From assembly GCF_001194135.2 (NCBI RefSeq), contig NC_068985.1, forward strand, positions 15,731,370-15,784,803: a DNA stretch of 53,434 nt, read 5' to 3'. The DNA comes from Octopus bimaculoides. Its lineage: Eukaryota. Positions 13,831 to 26,118 of this stretch are shown here, piece by piece (position 1 is the first letter of the stretch; each line of letters begins with the position of its first letter). A program made the translations under genes and the position numbers. Below the pieces are notes generated by a model. It was not told the DNA's origin. It saw nothing but the letters and a program-made list of their open reading frames with translations, and searched no databases.

Positions 13831-14039
13831 TAAAATGCTTCAAAAATTCAAAGATATTTCTTTGTTATTATATAAATTCCAGAGATAAAACCTTGATTCA
13901 TATTTAGATGCTAACCACATCCTTATAGGAAGAATACTAGAACCCGGACACTTAAACGCATACGCGCGCGCGCGCACACACACACACGCAGACACACACA
14001 CATGCAGACACATATACCTACATACTTAAACGTATGTGC

Positions 14040-14097
<58 letters not shown>

Positions 14098-14449
14098 NNN
14101 NNNNNNNNNNNNNNNNNNNNNNNNNNNNNNNNNNNNNNNNNNNNNNNNNNNNNNNNNNNNNNNNNNNNNNNNNNNNNNNNNNNNNNNNNNNNNNNNNNNN
14201 NNNNNNNNNNNNNNNNNNNNNNNNNNNNNNNNNNNNNNNNNNNNNNNNNNNNNNNNNNNNNNNNNNNNNNNNNNNNNNNNNNNNNNNNNNNNNNNNNNNN
14301 NNNNNNNNNNNNNNNNNNNNNNNNNNNNNNNNNNNNNNNNNNNNNNNNNNNNNNNNNNNNNNNNNNNNNNNNNNNNNNNNNNNNNNNNNNNNNNNNNNNN
14401 NNNNNNNNNNNNNNNNNNNNNATATATATATATATATATATATATATAT

Positions 14450-14656
14450 CGCCATGATAGATCGCTGACCACTACATTTATATTTTTTCTCCTTGTTTCT
14501 CTCCTTGTTTCTCTCCTTATTTCTTTCTGTGTTCCTTTCAGTTGAAGAGCGTAGCTCGAAACGTCAAAGACTTTCTCTATTCCCGAGCGTTAAACTAATA
14601 CATCCATTTGTTGTTTACACCACCTGTCTGTTGTTTTTTTTTCGTAAATTCTCCCA
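14450..14656 (+). mobile_element. Penelope-like pLTR fragment with degenerate hammerhead (14535-14569)
   Basis: CTTT-CAGTTGA-A-GAG cgtag CTC-GAA-ACGT-C-AAAG. It is homologous to the minus-strand copy near 38040-38120. Confidence 0.6.
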
Positions 14657-14671
14657 TATATATATATATAC

Positions 14672-14702
<31 letters not shown>

Positions 14703-14708
14703 TGTATG

Positions 14709-14750
<42 letters not shown>

Positions 14751-17010
14751 ATACATGCTCGATTAGGCTTCTATTTTCTAAATCATGTCTTCGATTCAGG
14801 TTATATTTACAAATAATTCGAGATAGATTTAATTTTAAAAACTCCGCTCAGATGTCGTCATCGACATTGTTACGTCCTGAAGGAAGCTGAAGTTATAACA
14901 ACTAAATGTTATTCACGCATTAATATCAGCCGAACATTAATTACTTTCCGTTGCTGCTGCTACTGCTGCTGCTGTTCCTGCTGCTATTACAAATACTATT
15001 GATTCTAATGTTCTTTCATTACTATTACGATGATAATGTTTTTTTTTTTATTTAAATAGCAATAAAGCCATAAACGAAATTTCTTTTTGACATTACAAAA
15101 TCATAGACTTAAGAACATGGACGAAAATATTGTATAAAACGATTGAATGAAACAAAAGCTACAGACAATCCCTTACTGTCGACGAAAAGACTTTCATATC
15201 ATTCAAAGAAAAAAGTTACAATAACCAGTCATTTGCGACTTGTAAAAATTGCCATTTAGCCTAATTCACTGATGCCAAAGATATTTCACTTTCTCATTTC
15301 CTTTAATGAGATTTATCCGTTGCCTAGCCTCCAAATGAACGCCTGAGCCGTCTGTCGACCATCCCAGCATAACAATCAGCTCCACCATAATTTCTATTCT
15401 GCCTTTAATCCTTTATCTGTCCTGTGTACTACACGTGATACGCAGCAGACATTTCCCTGGCGTCCATGCATCATATATGATGCACATTCCCAATTTTTTT
15501 CAACTACCCGAGTAGGACATCTGAAAGAAAAGCTTTATATCACTTAAAACGTATGAAATAAAGACTAACTAAAAGTTTGAAAATAATCATGGACGTTTAG
15601 GAAAAACTGTAAAATTGCTTTGACCAGGCAAAGAGTTAAAATGAAACCCATGCTTCAATTGTTAAGCCTCACTGCAGTATGATCCAAATTAAAGACGGAT
15701 GAGTCATATCATGAACGATAATAAAAGCATAGAATTTAAGCCTAAACTAATACAACGGAGTCCATTTATTCTGTGTATCATCGCTATCAAATTACTCTTA
15801 AACAATAGATAATTACTCTGCATCCTGTGTAAACTAAAACAGCCCACTTACAAAAAAACCTTATCGCCCCTCAAGCAATCAAGGGGTTTTATTTGTGTCA
15901 TGAAACCCATTTTTTCACATGCGTTGATCATAAGTCTGTCCGGATTGGGTAGGCATGATGGAAGACATTTCAGCCCCGACAGTCTTCTGTTTATCCAGGA
16001 TGACATTATACAAAATATCCTTCCCAGTTTATGACGGGAGAGCGTAATTTAGAGGAGATTTGGCTGCTGTTTCTATCGGTAAGTTTGTTCATTCATATAT
16101 GCTCAAATTGAAAAGAACATATAAAAGCAGTAAATTAAAATGACATAGATGCTATCCTCACTTAGCACCTCAGTACCTCAACAAAGAAACAACACACATG
16201 TGAAAGTAATAAAACGAAGCGACGAGGTCGATAAATTGCTGTTGTGATGAAAACATTATCATTATTAAATGCCAGACTGAATTACATTCGTTGTTTGCTA
16301 AGTGAATTCTGACGAGAGCAAAGCTCCACAGGGAAATAAGAATGTAATAGGAAGAGCATTTTTATTTTCACCATGTCTGTAATACGAGATCGACTTTGAT
16401 CGTTTTCTGCAGGCAGATGATATTTATCTATTTATTATTCTAGCATTCTATGTCGTATATGGTGAGCAATAGAGATCATTGGTTACAGGTTTTTCAACAG
16501 GCCAGTCACCGGCTCACAGCATTTAGGACGACTATTGTTGCATGACGATATCTGTAACTCGGTGCTGAACAAATATTTTCAAGGCGATTCGTTCGAAGAA
16601 CATTGTTTTGTTTTTCTGTATTCTAATCGTTGTTAATATTCTTTCGCCGACATTCACCGCCAAAAGACACACACACACACACACACACACATCTTATAAT
16701 AATTATACTTGTCATTATGTTACTTAGCCCTTCAGTGACGCTTTCAAGTGATTAAAGAAAACGAGGGAGAAAGAAAAGAGGAAGAGAGAAAAAGAGGATT
16801 AGGCGAAGAGTGAGGTAGAAAGAGAGAGAAAGAAAAAGAAGAGAGAAAAGATACAGAGAGAGAGAGAGAGAGAGAAGCATCCATGACATGTGATAGGGGA
16901 AACGTAACATTTATTTCGTGGTTAAAAAAGTTAGTTGAAGGTAGTGATATAGAGGAGAGTTAGGAATATAATTTTAGCAGAGGGGTGACGTTTGGATGGT
17001 GAGATTAAAG

Positions 17011-17073
<63 letters not shown>

Positions 17074-17199
17074 GGAAAAGGGAGAGGGGAGAGAGAGTGA
17101 GAGATGATGATGGTAGTGGTGGTGGTGGTGGAGATGGAGATGGTGAGTGCATAGTGAAAAGTAATGTTTTTTTTAATTGAACTAAGTTTTTTTTATATC

Positions 17200-17973
17200 A
17201 CTTAACGCATGCGCATCCCAAACTTGCCATTCACTTTAGAAAGAAACCAGATTCCCGTTCGCCTGTCATATGCAATGACTATCAATAAATCACAAGGGCA
17301 GACATTTGATAAAGTGGAGCTGTTCTTGCCTGAACCTGTATTCGGCCATGGCCAGCTATATGTTGCATTCTCAAGGGCTCGCAAATTATCTGATGTGAGA
17401 GTTAAAGTTATCAACATTGAAACACAAGGGGAAAAAAGAGGGAGAACTTTCACTGAGAACACAGTCTGCAAAGAAGTATTGGATTGAAAGGTGTACGCAA
17501 ATTGAAATGTGTATTGGGTTTGGCCCATCGTCTTGGCTTATAAGTTACCAAGATATGGTCTTCAGAGTAGGCCATGTTGCATTAAACTGTTATCCCCGTG
17601 AAACAGTAACCCCTATATTTTAAATATGAAATCATTTTTAAATACAATTTTTGTTTTCTAGATATGAAATTGTGATCAGGTAAATTTTAAAATGTAATTT
17701 TTTTCTGTTTATGGGAAAAATGGAAAAATATGAGTGAATATTTATTTTATGAGTGCTGCGTATTAAGTCCATAAAATTGTGCATAAAGTATATAAAGTAT
17801 ATATCTGGAGTGCATTAAGTAATCATCGTATTGCAGTTTATTTCACGTTTCAATGAATAGCAGATAAACGATAGGACGCAACACAGGCTACGTTTTCAGT
17901 TTTTTTGGATAAAGTTTTCAGGAATAACGCAAGTTTACTACTAATTCTGTGGAATATTCACGGATTCCGCTAG
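17200..17973 (+). mobile_element. Helitron 3' fragment: PIF1-like helicase C-terminus, 3' hairpin and CTAG terminus
   Basis: ORF 17209-17487 reads LPFTLERNQIPVRLSYAMTINKSQGQTFDKVELFLPEPVFGHGQLYVAFSR. The hairpin ctgtg-gaatatt-cacgg (17947-17963) is followed by CTAG (17970-17973) and then T. Confidence 0.88.
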
Positions 17974-18469
17974 TATATATAAATGTTTGTTTTTACGTCA
18001 GTTTTTATATAAAATAATTTAACATTAAACTGAAAAATTCTTCACTGGTTTTTAGTAGAGTACATGTTTATTAGACTTCTGCAAAAAGAGGGAAAACAGT
18101 GACTCCAAAATTTCGGCTTGCTGACATTTGTGGGACAGTCCCACGAAGGCTAGCAGGCTCAAACTGCGATGCCTCTGTTACTTCTTTTCTTGTAAAAGTT
18201 AAACAGACGCGCACGCACACACACACGCAAACACGTTCCATCTGCTTCCGTCAACGAAACTCTACTCTTAAGGCATTGATCAACATCCGAGGATATTAGA
18301 GAAAACGCCTTATACTATGTACTACGTGGTTCTGAAGTAGACCTCTTCACTACAAAATTACGCCTGAGATAAACTGCATCGACATAAAGATATTGGGACA
18401 AGTTACATAAATTTTTTTAATACGATTTTGCCCAAAATGAGGCTCAAGGTCACTGTAGTGTAAGAGACT

Positions 18470-18853
18470 TGTTGGCACTCCGTCGCTTACGACGTCGAGG
18501 GTTCCAGTTGATCCGATCAACGGAACAACTTGCTCGTGAAATTAACGTGCAAGTGGCTGAGCACTCCACAGACACGTGTACCCTTAACGTAGTTCTCGGG
18601 GAGATTCAGCGTGACACAGAGTGTGACAAGGCTGACCCTTTGAATTACAGGCACAACAGAACCTGGAAGTAAGAGTGAGAGAAAGTTGTGGTGGACGAGT
18701 ACAGCAGGGTTCGCCACCATCCCCTGCCGGAGCCTCGCGAAGCTTTAGGTGTTTTCGCTAAATAAACACTCACAACGCCCGGTCTGGGAATCGAAACCGC
18801 GATTGTATGACCGCGAGTCCGCTTCCTTAACCACTGGGACATTGCGCCTCCAC
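18470..18853 (-). mobile_element. SINE family B, full length
   Basis: 13-bp TSD agtgtaagagact (18457-18469 and 18854-18866). Confidence 0.92.
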
Positions 18854-19544
18854 AGTGTAAGAGACTACAAAGAAGGCAAAGAAGGGTGGGGGGGGGGCTA
18901 TGAATTGAAAAGATATCGATTGATGGGAAGTTTAAAAGTCTGAATATCATAGACCAGAGGAAAACAGGACGATGGTAGTGAGTTCCATCGAAGAAGCTAC
19001 TAGAATATTAGGGCTTATGACTGACAGGAAGCTTAACGGAGAAATAACGAAGCCGAGAAGAGAAATGGGCAACACGTTTAAAGGTCTTGACTGAGAGTAC
19101 TAGACCTCAAAATTCATCGGAGTAACGATCATGGAAATACTTATAGAAAAGACATTTCGACTGTGAGCCAACCAAGTAGAAATGAGACTCCAACCAAGTA
19201 GAAATGAGAGGACCCGCCATATTAACAACTCGGTTCTGAATGTGATTTATAATGGTTTCAAATTTTTTCACAAGGGCAGACATTTTGGGGAAGGAGTTAA
19301 GTCGATTACATCGACTCCAGTGTACATCTGGTGCTTATTTTATCGACCCCGAAAGGATGAAAGACAAAGTCGACCTCGGCGGAATTTGAACTCAGAACGT
19401 AGCGGCAGATGAAATACCGCTAAGTATTTCGCCCGGCGTGTTAACGATTCTGCCATCTCGCCGCCTTAATGTGATTTATAATATAGGACAACACAATAAA
19501 GTAACACTTACGGCTAACCTGATTAGCTAGAAATAGCAACCAAG

Positions 19545-20269
19545 GGATCTTGTTCAAAACGGGGGCACCAGTATTTTCTTAACGAAACACTTTGAAACTT
19601 GGGACACTGGTAGAATGTGTCATATAAAACATCTTTTTCTCTTAGTCTTCTTAACAAAAAAACGTACATCGCAAGTTATTTCATGTTAAAGTTGTCGTAT
19701 TTCTGTAATTTCAACTAATGACTGACGTCCATTCAGCCGAATAACAGTAAGTGCTGACTACGTAAACAAACGATTCTCGCGGTGATAAAATTATTATTTC
19801 CTTGTCAAAAAATGGCTGAAGCATATTGGCAGTAGCTAATAAACCTTTCTATTATANNNNNNNNNNNNNNNNNNNNNNNNNNNNNNNNNNNNNNNNNNNN
19901 ATTATAGGCACAAGGCATGGTTTTTGAGGGAAGGAGCAAGTCAATTAGGGTTAGGGTTAGGATTAGGGTTAGGGAAAACGAACACACGTGTGTTGCCTCT
20001 GCAAAATGTCAGAAGTAATGGAGATTAAATACGCTTTACACCGCTTAAACTGCCAAAGGATTAAGTGTAAACAACTGAATACTTGTCAGTGATTGGTTGA
20101 AATTATCGAAATAAGACAATTTTTTACATGAAAAAAATTCGAATACAAAATTTTTTTTCTGTTCTATAACACAAAATAGATAAGTATACGAAGTTTGAAA
20201 GTCTTTCGGTACCAAAAACACTACATAAAACATAAATGAAAACTGGTGCCCCCGTTTTGAACAAGATCC
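19545..20269 (+). mobile_element. MITE with 28-bp TIRs, 8-bp TSD and internal TTAGGG repeats
   Basis: The TIR is GGATCTTGTTCAAAACGGGGGCACCAGT with its exact reverse complement at the right end. The TSD is caaccaag (19537-19544 and 20270-20277). Confidence 0.92.
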
Positions 20270-20477
20270 CAACCAAGTCTCTTTCAAATTACTCCCCATC
20301 ATAAGAGAAAGAGAGAGAGAGAGACACTAAAACCAGGAGAACAATGTATATGGTGTAGAATGGAGGATGTAGCTTTGATACAGCAAAACCACCGCCACCA
20401 CCGCCACTACTACTAACAGCAAACAATTACAACTACTGTATAAACATCCTCCAAATATAGCTTGCTTCGATTTATTA

Positions 20478-22290
20478 ATAATGGTTTGTAATTTAGGCCC
20501 AAAGGTAGAAATTTTTGCGGGAGGGAGTTAGTCGATATTATCGATTCTGGTAATTGACAAGCATTTTATTTTATCGATCCCACAGAGACGATAGGGTTAG
20601 GGTGTTGTACGAAAGGTCGTGGTTTCGATTCCCTCACCAACTATGCGTTGTGCTCATGAGCGAAATACTGCTCCAGGGGTTAAATTAGTACTTATTTTAT
20701 CGACCCCGAAAGGATAAATGGCAAAATCGGAATCGGCGTAATTTGAACTCAGAATGTAAAGTCGAACGAAATGCCGCTAAGCATTTTGTCCAGCGTACTC
20801 ACAATATTTTCCAGCTCGCCGCCTTTCAGCTAGTTGATAACCATTTCTACTAAAAGCACAAGGCCTGAAATTTGGAGTGAGGGGACTAGTCGATTACATC
20901 GACACCAGTTCGCAACTGGTACTTAATTTATCGACCCCGAAAGGCTGAAAGCCAAAGTCGACCTCGGTGGAATTTGAACTCGGAACGTGAAAACGGACGA
21001 AATTCTGCTAACATTTCGCCCGGCGTGCTAACGATTCTGCCAGCTCGTCGCTTTTCCGCATGTTAATAATAGCTTCAAATTTTGCTACAAGGGCAGCAAC
21101 TTGAGGGAGGGGATGAGTCAATTACATCGACCCCAGTGTTCTACTGGTACTTATCGACTCCGAAAGCATGAAGGGCAAAGTCAACCTCGGCGGAATTCCG
21201 CGAGTTAATAATGCTTTCTGCTAAAGGCACAAAGCCTGAAATTTGGTGAGAGGGGGGGGGCAGTCGATTAAATCGACACCAGTACGCAACTGATACCTAA
21301 TTTATTGACCCCCGAAAAGATGAAAGGCAAAGTCGACCTCGGCGGAATTTGAACTCAGAACATTAAAGACAGACGAAATGGCGTTAAGCATTTCGCCCGG
21401 CGTGCCAACAATTCTTATTTCTTTACTGCACACAAGGGGCTACACAGAGGGGACAAACAAGGACAGACAAACGGATTAAGTCGATTATATCAACCCCAGT
21501 GCGTAACTGGTACTTATTTAATCGACCCCGAAAGGATGAAAAGCAAAGTCGACCTCGACGGAATTTGAACTCAGAACGTAAAGACAGACGAAGTTCCGCT
21601 AAGCATTTCGCCCGACGTGCCAACAATTCTGCCAACTCGCCGTTTTTTCGCTAATTAATAATGGTTTTGTGGAGGCGCAATGGCCCAGTGGTTAGGGCAG
21701 CGGACTCGTGGTTGTAGGATCGCGGTTTCTTTTCCAAGACTGGGCGTTGTGAGTGTTTATTGAGTGAAAACACCTAAAGCTCCACGAGGCTCCTGCAGGG
21801 GATAGTGGCGAACCCTGCTGTACTCTTCCACCACAACTTTCTCTCACTCTTACTTCCTGTTTCTGTTGTGCCTGTAATTCAAAGGGTCAGCCTTGTCACA
21901 CTCTGTGTCACGCCGAATATCCCCGAGAACTNNNNNNNNNNCTGTTTCTGTTGTGCCTGTAATTCAAAGGGTCAGCCTTGTCACACTCTGTGTCACGCCG
22001 AATATCCCCGAGAACTACGTTAAGGGTACACGTGTCTGTGGAGTGCTCAGCCACTTGCACGTTAATTTCACGAGCAGGCTGTTCCGTTGTTCGGATCAAC
22101 TGGAACCCTCGTCGTCGTAACCGACGGAGTGCCAATCAATAATGGTTTCAAATTTTGCCACAAGGGCAGGGCAGCAATCATGAGGGAGGGGATGAGTCGA
22201 TTACATCGACCCCAGTGTTCAACTGGTACTTAATTTATCGACCTCGAAAAGATGAAAGGCAAAATTAACCTCGGCGGAATTCCGCGAGTT
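20478..22290 (-). mobile_element. Head-to-tail cluster of about 7 full or partial SINE family C copies
   Basis: Repeated ttatcgaccccgaaaggatgaaaggcaaagtcgacctcggcggaatttgaactc, all in the same orientation, with a SINE B nested inside. Confidence 0.9.
21668..22137 (+). mobile_element. SINE family B, full length, nested in the SINE C array
   Basis: 11-bp TSD aataatggttt (21657-21667 and 22138-22148). Confidence 0.92.
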
Positions 22291-22799
22291 AATAAATAAT
22301 ATTTTGATTTAGAAGATCGCACTAAAAGTCTAACCGTCCACTCGAGGTCAATCCTATTGCTGTTGATCATTATGACTTTCAACTACTCGGAGTCGATAAC
22401 ATTGCACTGGATTCAATTCACTCAACTGTATCCCCACCCCTTCTACACCCCATGTATGTCCTTGTGCCAGTATAAGAAATCGATACTGAATTTCTACTTA
22501 AGCATATGGCAATATTTTGTAGATGACGATGAATAAATCGATTATTTCATCGATCTTGACAGAATTTCCGTATCGAAGTAAATAGCGTGTGACTAAACAG
22601 CCGGCTTCTGCGTAGTTTCTGTTAATTCATTCTTATTAGTGTTCTGACCACTGCTGCCATCGCTACCGCTGTCGCCGCCGCCATAACCATTGCCACTCTG
22701 CCACCGCCGCCGCCGTCATATCCGCCACGATGACAGCCACCACTGTTACCACCACCACCACCACCACTACTACTACATATAAAGACACACACACACACA

Positions 22800-23365
22800 C
22801 ACGTCTATGTCAGGCTTTCACATAGTTTCCGTCTACTGAATTCACTCACAAGGCATTGATCGGCCCGGAGCTATAGTAGAAAACACTTGTCTAAGGTCCG
22901 AGCAGTAGAACTGAACCTCAAACCAGGTGGTTGCAAAGTGAGCTTCTTAACCATTGAACCATTCCTGCGTAAATTCTTATATTACTTTGTTTCAGTCATT
23001 TGACTGCGGCCATAATGGAGCACCGCCTTTAGTAGAACAAATCGACGCCAGGACTTATTCTTTGTAAGCCTAGTACTTATTCTATCGGTGACTTTTGCCG
23101 AACTAAGTCACGGGGACGCAAACACACCAACATCGGTTGTCAGCGACGGTTGTGGGGACAAACATAGACGCACAAACATATACATATATATATATATATA
23201 TGACTGGCTTCTTTCAGTTTCCGTCTACCAAATCCACTCATAAGGCTTTGGTCGGCTCGAAGCTGTAGTAGAAAACACTTGCCCAAGGCGTCACGCAGTG
23301 GAACTGAACCCGGAACCATGTGGTTGGGAAGCAAGCTTCCTACCACACAGCCACACCTGCGCCTC
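22800..23365 (-). mobile_element. Two SINE family A copies (5' half, then near full length)
   Basis: About 22800-22970 and 22985-23365 match the family A sequence. Confidence 0.8.
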
Positions 23366-23524
23366 AAATATATTTTATATACGTTCGTATGCCATATTGA
23401 ATGAAGAGTTAGTATGTTCGTACCTTCACGAATACAAGCTTATCTAAATTTACCTGTATGACTATGTTATTTGAATTGATCGGTTAGTGTTGACGTTTTA
23501 AATGCGAGGAACACGAAAAGAACT

Positions 23525-23833
23525 TGTTTGTTCCTTCTCGAGCCATGTCTGGCTCATAAGGGCTGGTTTCTCCTGTTTAACTGGCGTATAGGTTCCTCAC
23601 CTGGATGGGACGCCGGTCCGTCGCAGGTGAGCTGCTAAAGGAGGAAAGAGTGAGAGAAAGTTGTGGCAAATGAGTCAGCAGAATTCGCCATTACCTTCTG
23701 CCGGAGCTGCGTGGAACTTAGGTATTTCGCTCATAAACACACACACACACACATCGCCCGGTCTGACGTTCGAACCCGCGATCTCTCGCCTGCGAGTCCG
23801 CTACTCTAACCACTAGGCCATGTACCTCCACAC
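23525..23833 (-). mobile_element. SINE with a family B head and a different 3' module
   Basis: It shares the B head and body up to ...tctctcactctt, then continues cctgcgacggaccggcgtcccatccagg...gagaaggaacaaacaa. Confidence 0.75.
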
Positions 23834-24822
23834 GAAAAAATAAAAAAAACCTAACTAAATCTAATTTTTTTCAATTCTTGGAACAAGGCCCAAAATGTTT
23901 GGAGGAGGAGGCCAGTCGATTAGATCGACCCCCAGTACGTAATTGGTACTTAATTTATCGATCCCGAAAGGATGAAAGGCAAAGTCGACCTCGGCTGAAT
24001 TTGAACGTAAAGGCAGACGAAATAACGTTAAGCATTTCGCCCGGCGTGCTGACGTTTTTGCCAGCTGGCCGCCTTAATCTTAACTAAAACTAATTACGAG
24101 GTGAAGAATCACATACACGTACACACAAATACACGCAAACATGGCTAGTCAATGGCTAATATTTTATTCATTTCGATAAATTAGCTTTTTAATGCACTCT
24201 TCATTAAATATGTTAATACTGACTAAACAACTGTTTTTCATGCGGAAGGTGTCTAAATTATTTAGAATCTTATTTAAAGCCAGCTTAAAATAAAATAAAA
24301 GCAGCAACAATATAACGATGAGTGTTGGGTTTGGTTCAAGTAGTTTTATGTTACATGATTTGGCATTTCACTTCTCCGTGTTCAATTTATCCTGAGCCGA
24401 CTTCATAATTTTTCAGGCTTTATAAAGTAATTATCAGCTTATTATCTGAAGTCAATCAAATATTTGTCCGATTACTTAGACATAAAGCCTATCGAACAGT
24501 TGAGTGAGTGTCTACATGCTAGTTTAACCGGCTAAAATTTGTAGTCGAATCTTCATCAAATAATCCTTTCTTCTATAGGCACAAAGCCTGTAATTTTGGG
24601 GGAGGGAGATAGTCTATCACATCGAACCCAATACTTGACAGGTACTTAATTTATCGACCCCCGAAAGGATCAAACACAAAGTTGACCTCGGCAGAATTTG
24701 AGCCCAGAACGTAGCGACAGACGAAATACCGCTAACCGTTTTGCCCGGCGTGCTAACAAATCTTCATCAAATAATAACCTACCGTTTCGTAAAGGATGCA
24801 TTTTATACTGTAACTTTAGATT

Positions 24823-25140
24823 CAGGGTCTCAAATTCGTAGCCCAAAGGCCGCATATGGTTCAAATGCTACTTTTCTATGGTCCACAGTAGAACCATTTT
24901 CGTGACCAATATTTTCCTAAAACTTGGTAATTTGTCCCTCACCTCTTCGGTACTGTTGCAACAACAGTATTAAGCTTGATCGGCAAACATAATGCGAAGA
25001 GACGGTCAATCACTTTTAAAGTCATCCATTGTCTGACGATGTTTCTTCTCGGGAAAAGCTAGAATGTTCTTTAATATTTCAGTCGCTTTATTGCTTCTCA
25101 GTCATATGGCTAAGATCAAGGTCTAAGATGAACTCTTAAC
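24823..25140. mobile_element. Possible hAT/Charlie-like terminal fragment
   Basis: cagggtctcaaattcgtagcccaaaggccgcatatgg resembles Charlie-type termini. The adjacent sequence is decayed. Confidence 0.3.
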
Positions 25141-26118
25141 AGTTTAAATATCAAGATCAAACGCTGAAAACTAAAAATATGTATCCAAGTTAATATACAT
25201 TTCAGAAACATTCTTAATAAGAACGTTAAATAAATCTGAAAATTCTGGCTCATATGCACACGATTACATCGGCTTTTAAAGACCTACTTAGATGGTAGAC
25301 AACTCACACAACAAAGCATGAGGAATCTTTGCCTTCGTAATGTGAAACAACAAAACGCCAACAATGACAGTAACAATAAAAAAAGAACACGAAACTTAAT
25401 ATTTAGTGTAGCTAATCTTAATCGCATTTAAGAATTATATCGGAAATATCGTACGACATTGAATCCCAATTTTCTTGAGGAAATTTTGAATTTCACCTTC
25501 CTATTTCCCTTCCTGTAAGTCCAAATATTAATGCTTTTGTTGTAAGAAATCATTCACACACTTTTTTATAGCTGCAAAGGATTAAGAAATAATATGAAGA
25601 CCAGGCACATCTTTTAATAATCCAGATGTGAAATAGAGTAGTTCAAATAATCAATTGAGGTTTAAAACGCCTACGACGGTATTTATTTTGTTTTATGTAA
25701 ACGTATAAATCTAATTTACATTTCTAGAAAATACAAAAATGTATAACATGGTCCTGGCATTGTTTGAAGATGTTTTCAGTACAATACTTGGGGACCAAAT
25801 ATTTTATAATGTTACGAATCTACTTGGAATTCCACAAATAAGAGGCATTTAAACGACAATGAATATAAGGCAACGATGACTCTGCGTGGGTGGTTGCTTG
25901 ACTGGCTAGAAAAAACCCCCACCTAAACCTCCATCAAATTAAACTCTTTTGTCTTGAATATGGAGCGATACATTGACTAATGTGGTTCAAATTACGAAAT
26001 GCTACAGAGAAGTTCTGGAATGTCTTTGTCCACAAGTCTTCTTAATCGATTTTTATCCAGAATAAATAACAGCAACAACAACAAAAGCAACGGGAGAATA
26101 AATTTAAAATTAACTTAC

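Noticed and set aside
19947-19972. TTAGGG repeats as a telomere or fusion scar
   Set aside because: They are an internal part of the MITE, found at the same position in the complete copy at 43669.
21668-21745. tRNA gene
   Set aside because: The A/B boxes belong to SINE heads that continue into SINE bodies with TSDs; no complete cloverleaf or Pol III terminator is evident.
21850-22020. Internal duplication in a SINE B copy around a 10-N gap
   Set aside because: This is a typical scaffolding overlap artefact.
24943-25060. Minus-strand GAG|gtgag donor with a short open frame as the next NCX exon
   Set aside because: The peptide has no NCX similarity, the acceptor is poor, and the region looks like a hAT relic.
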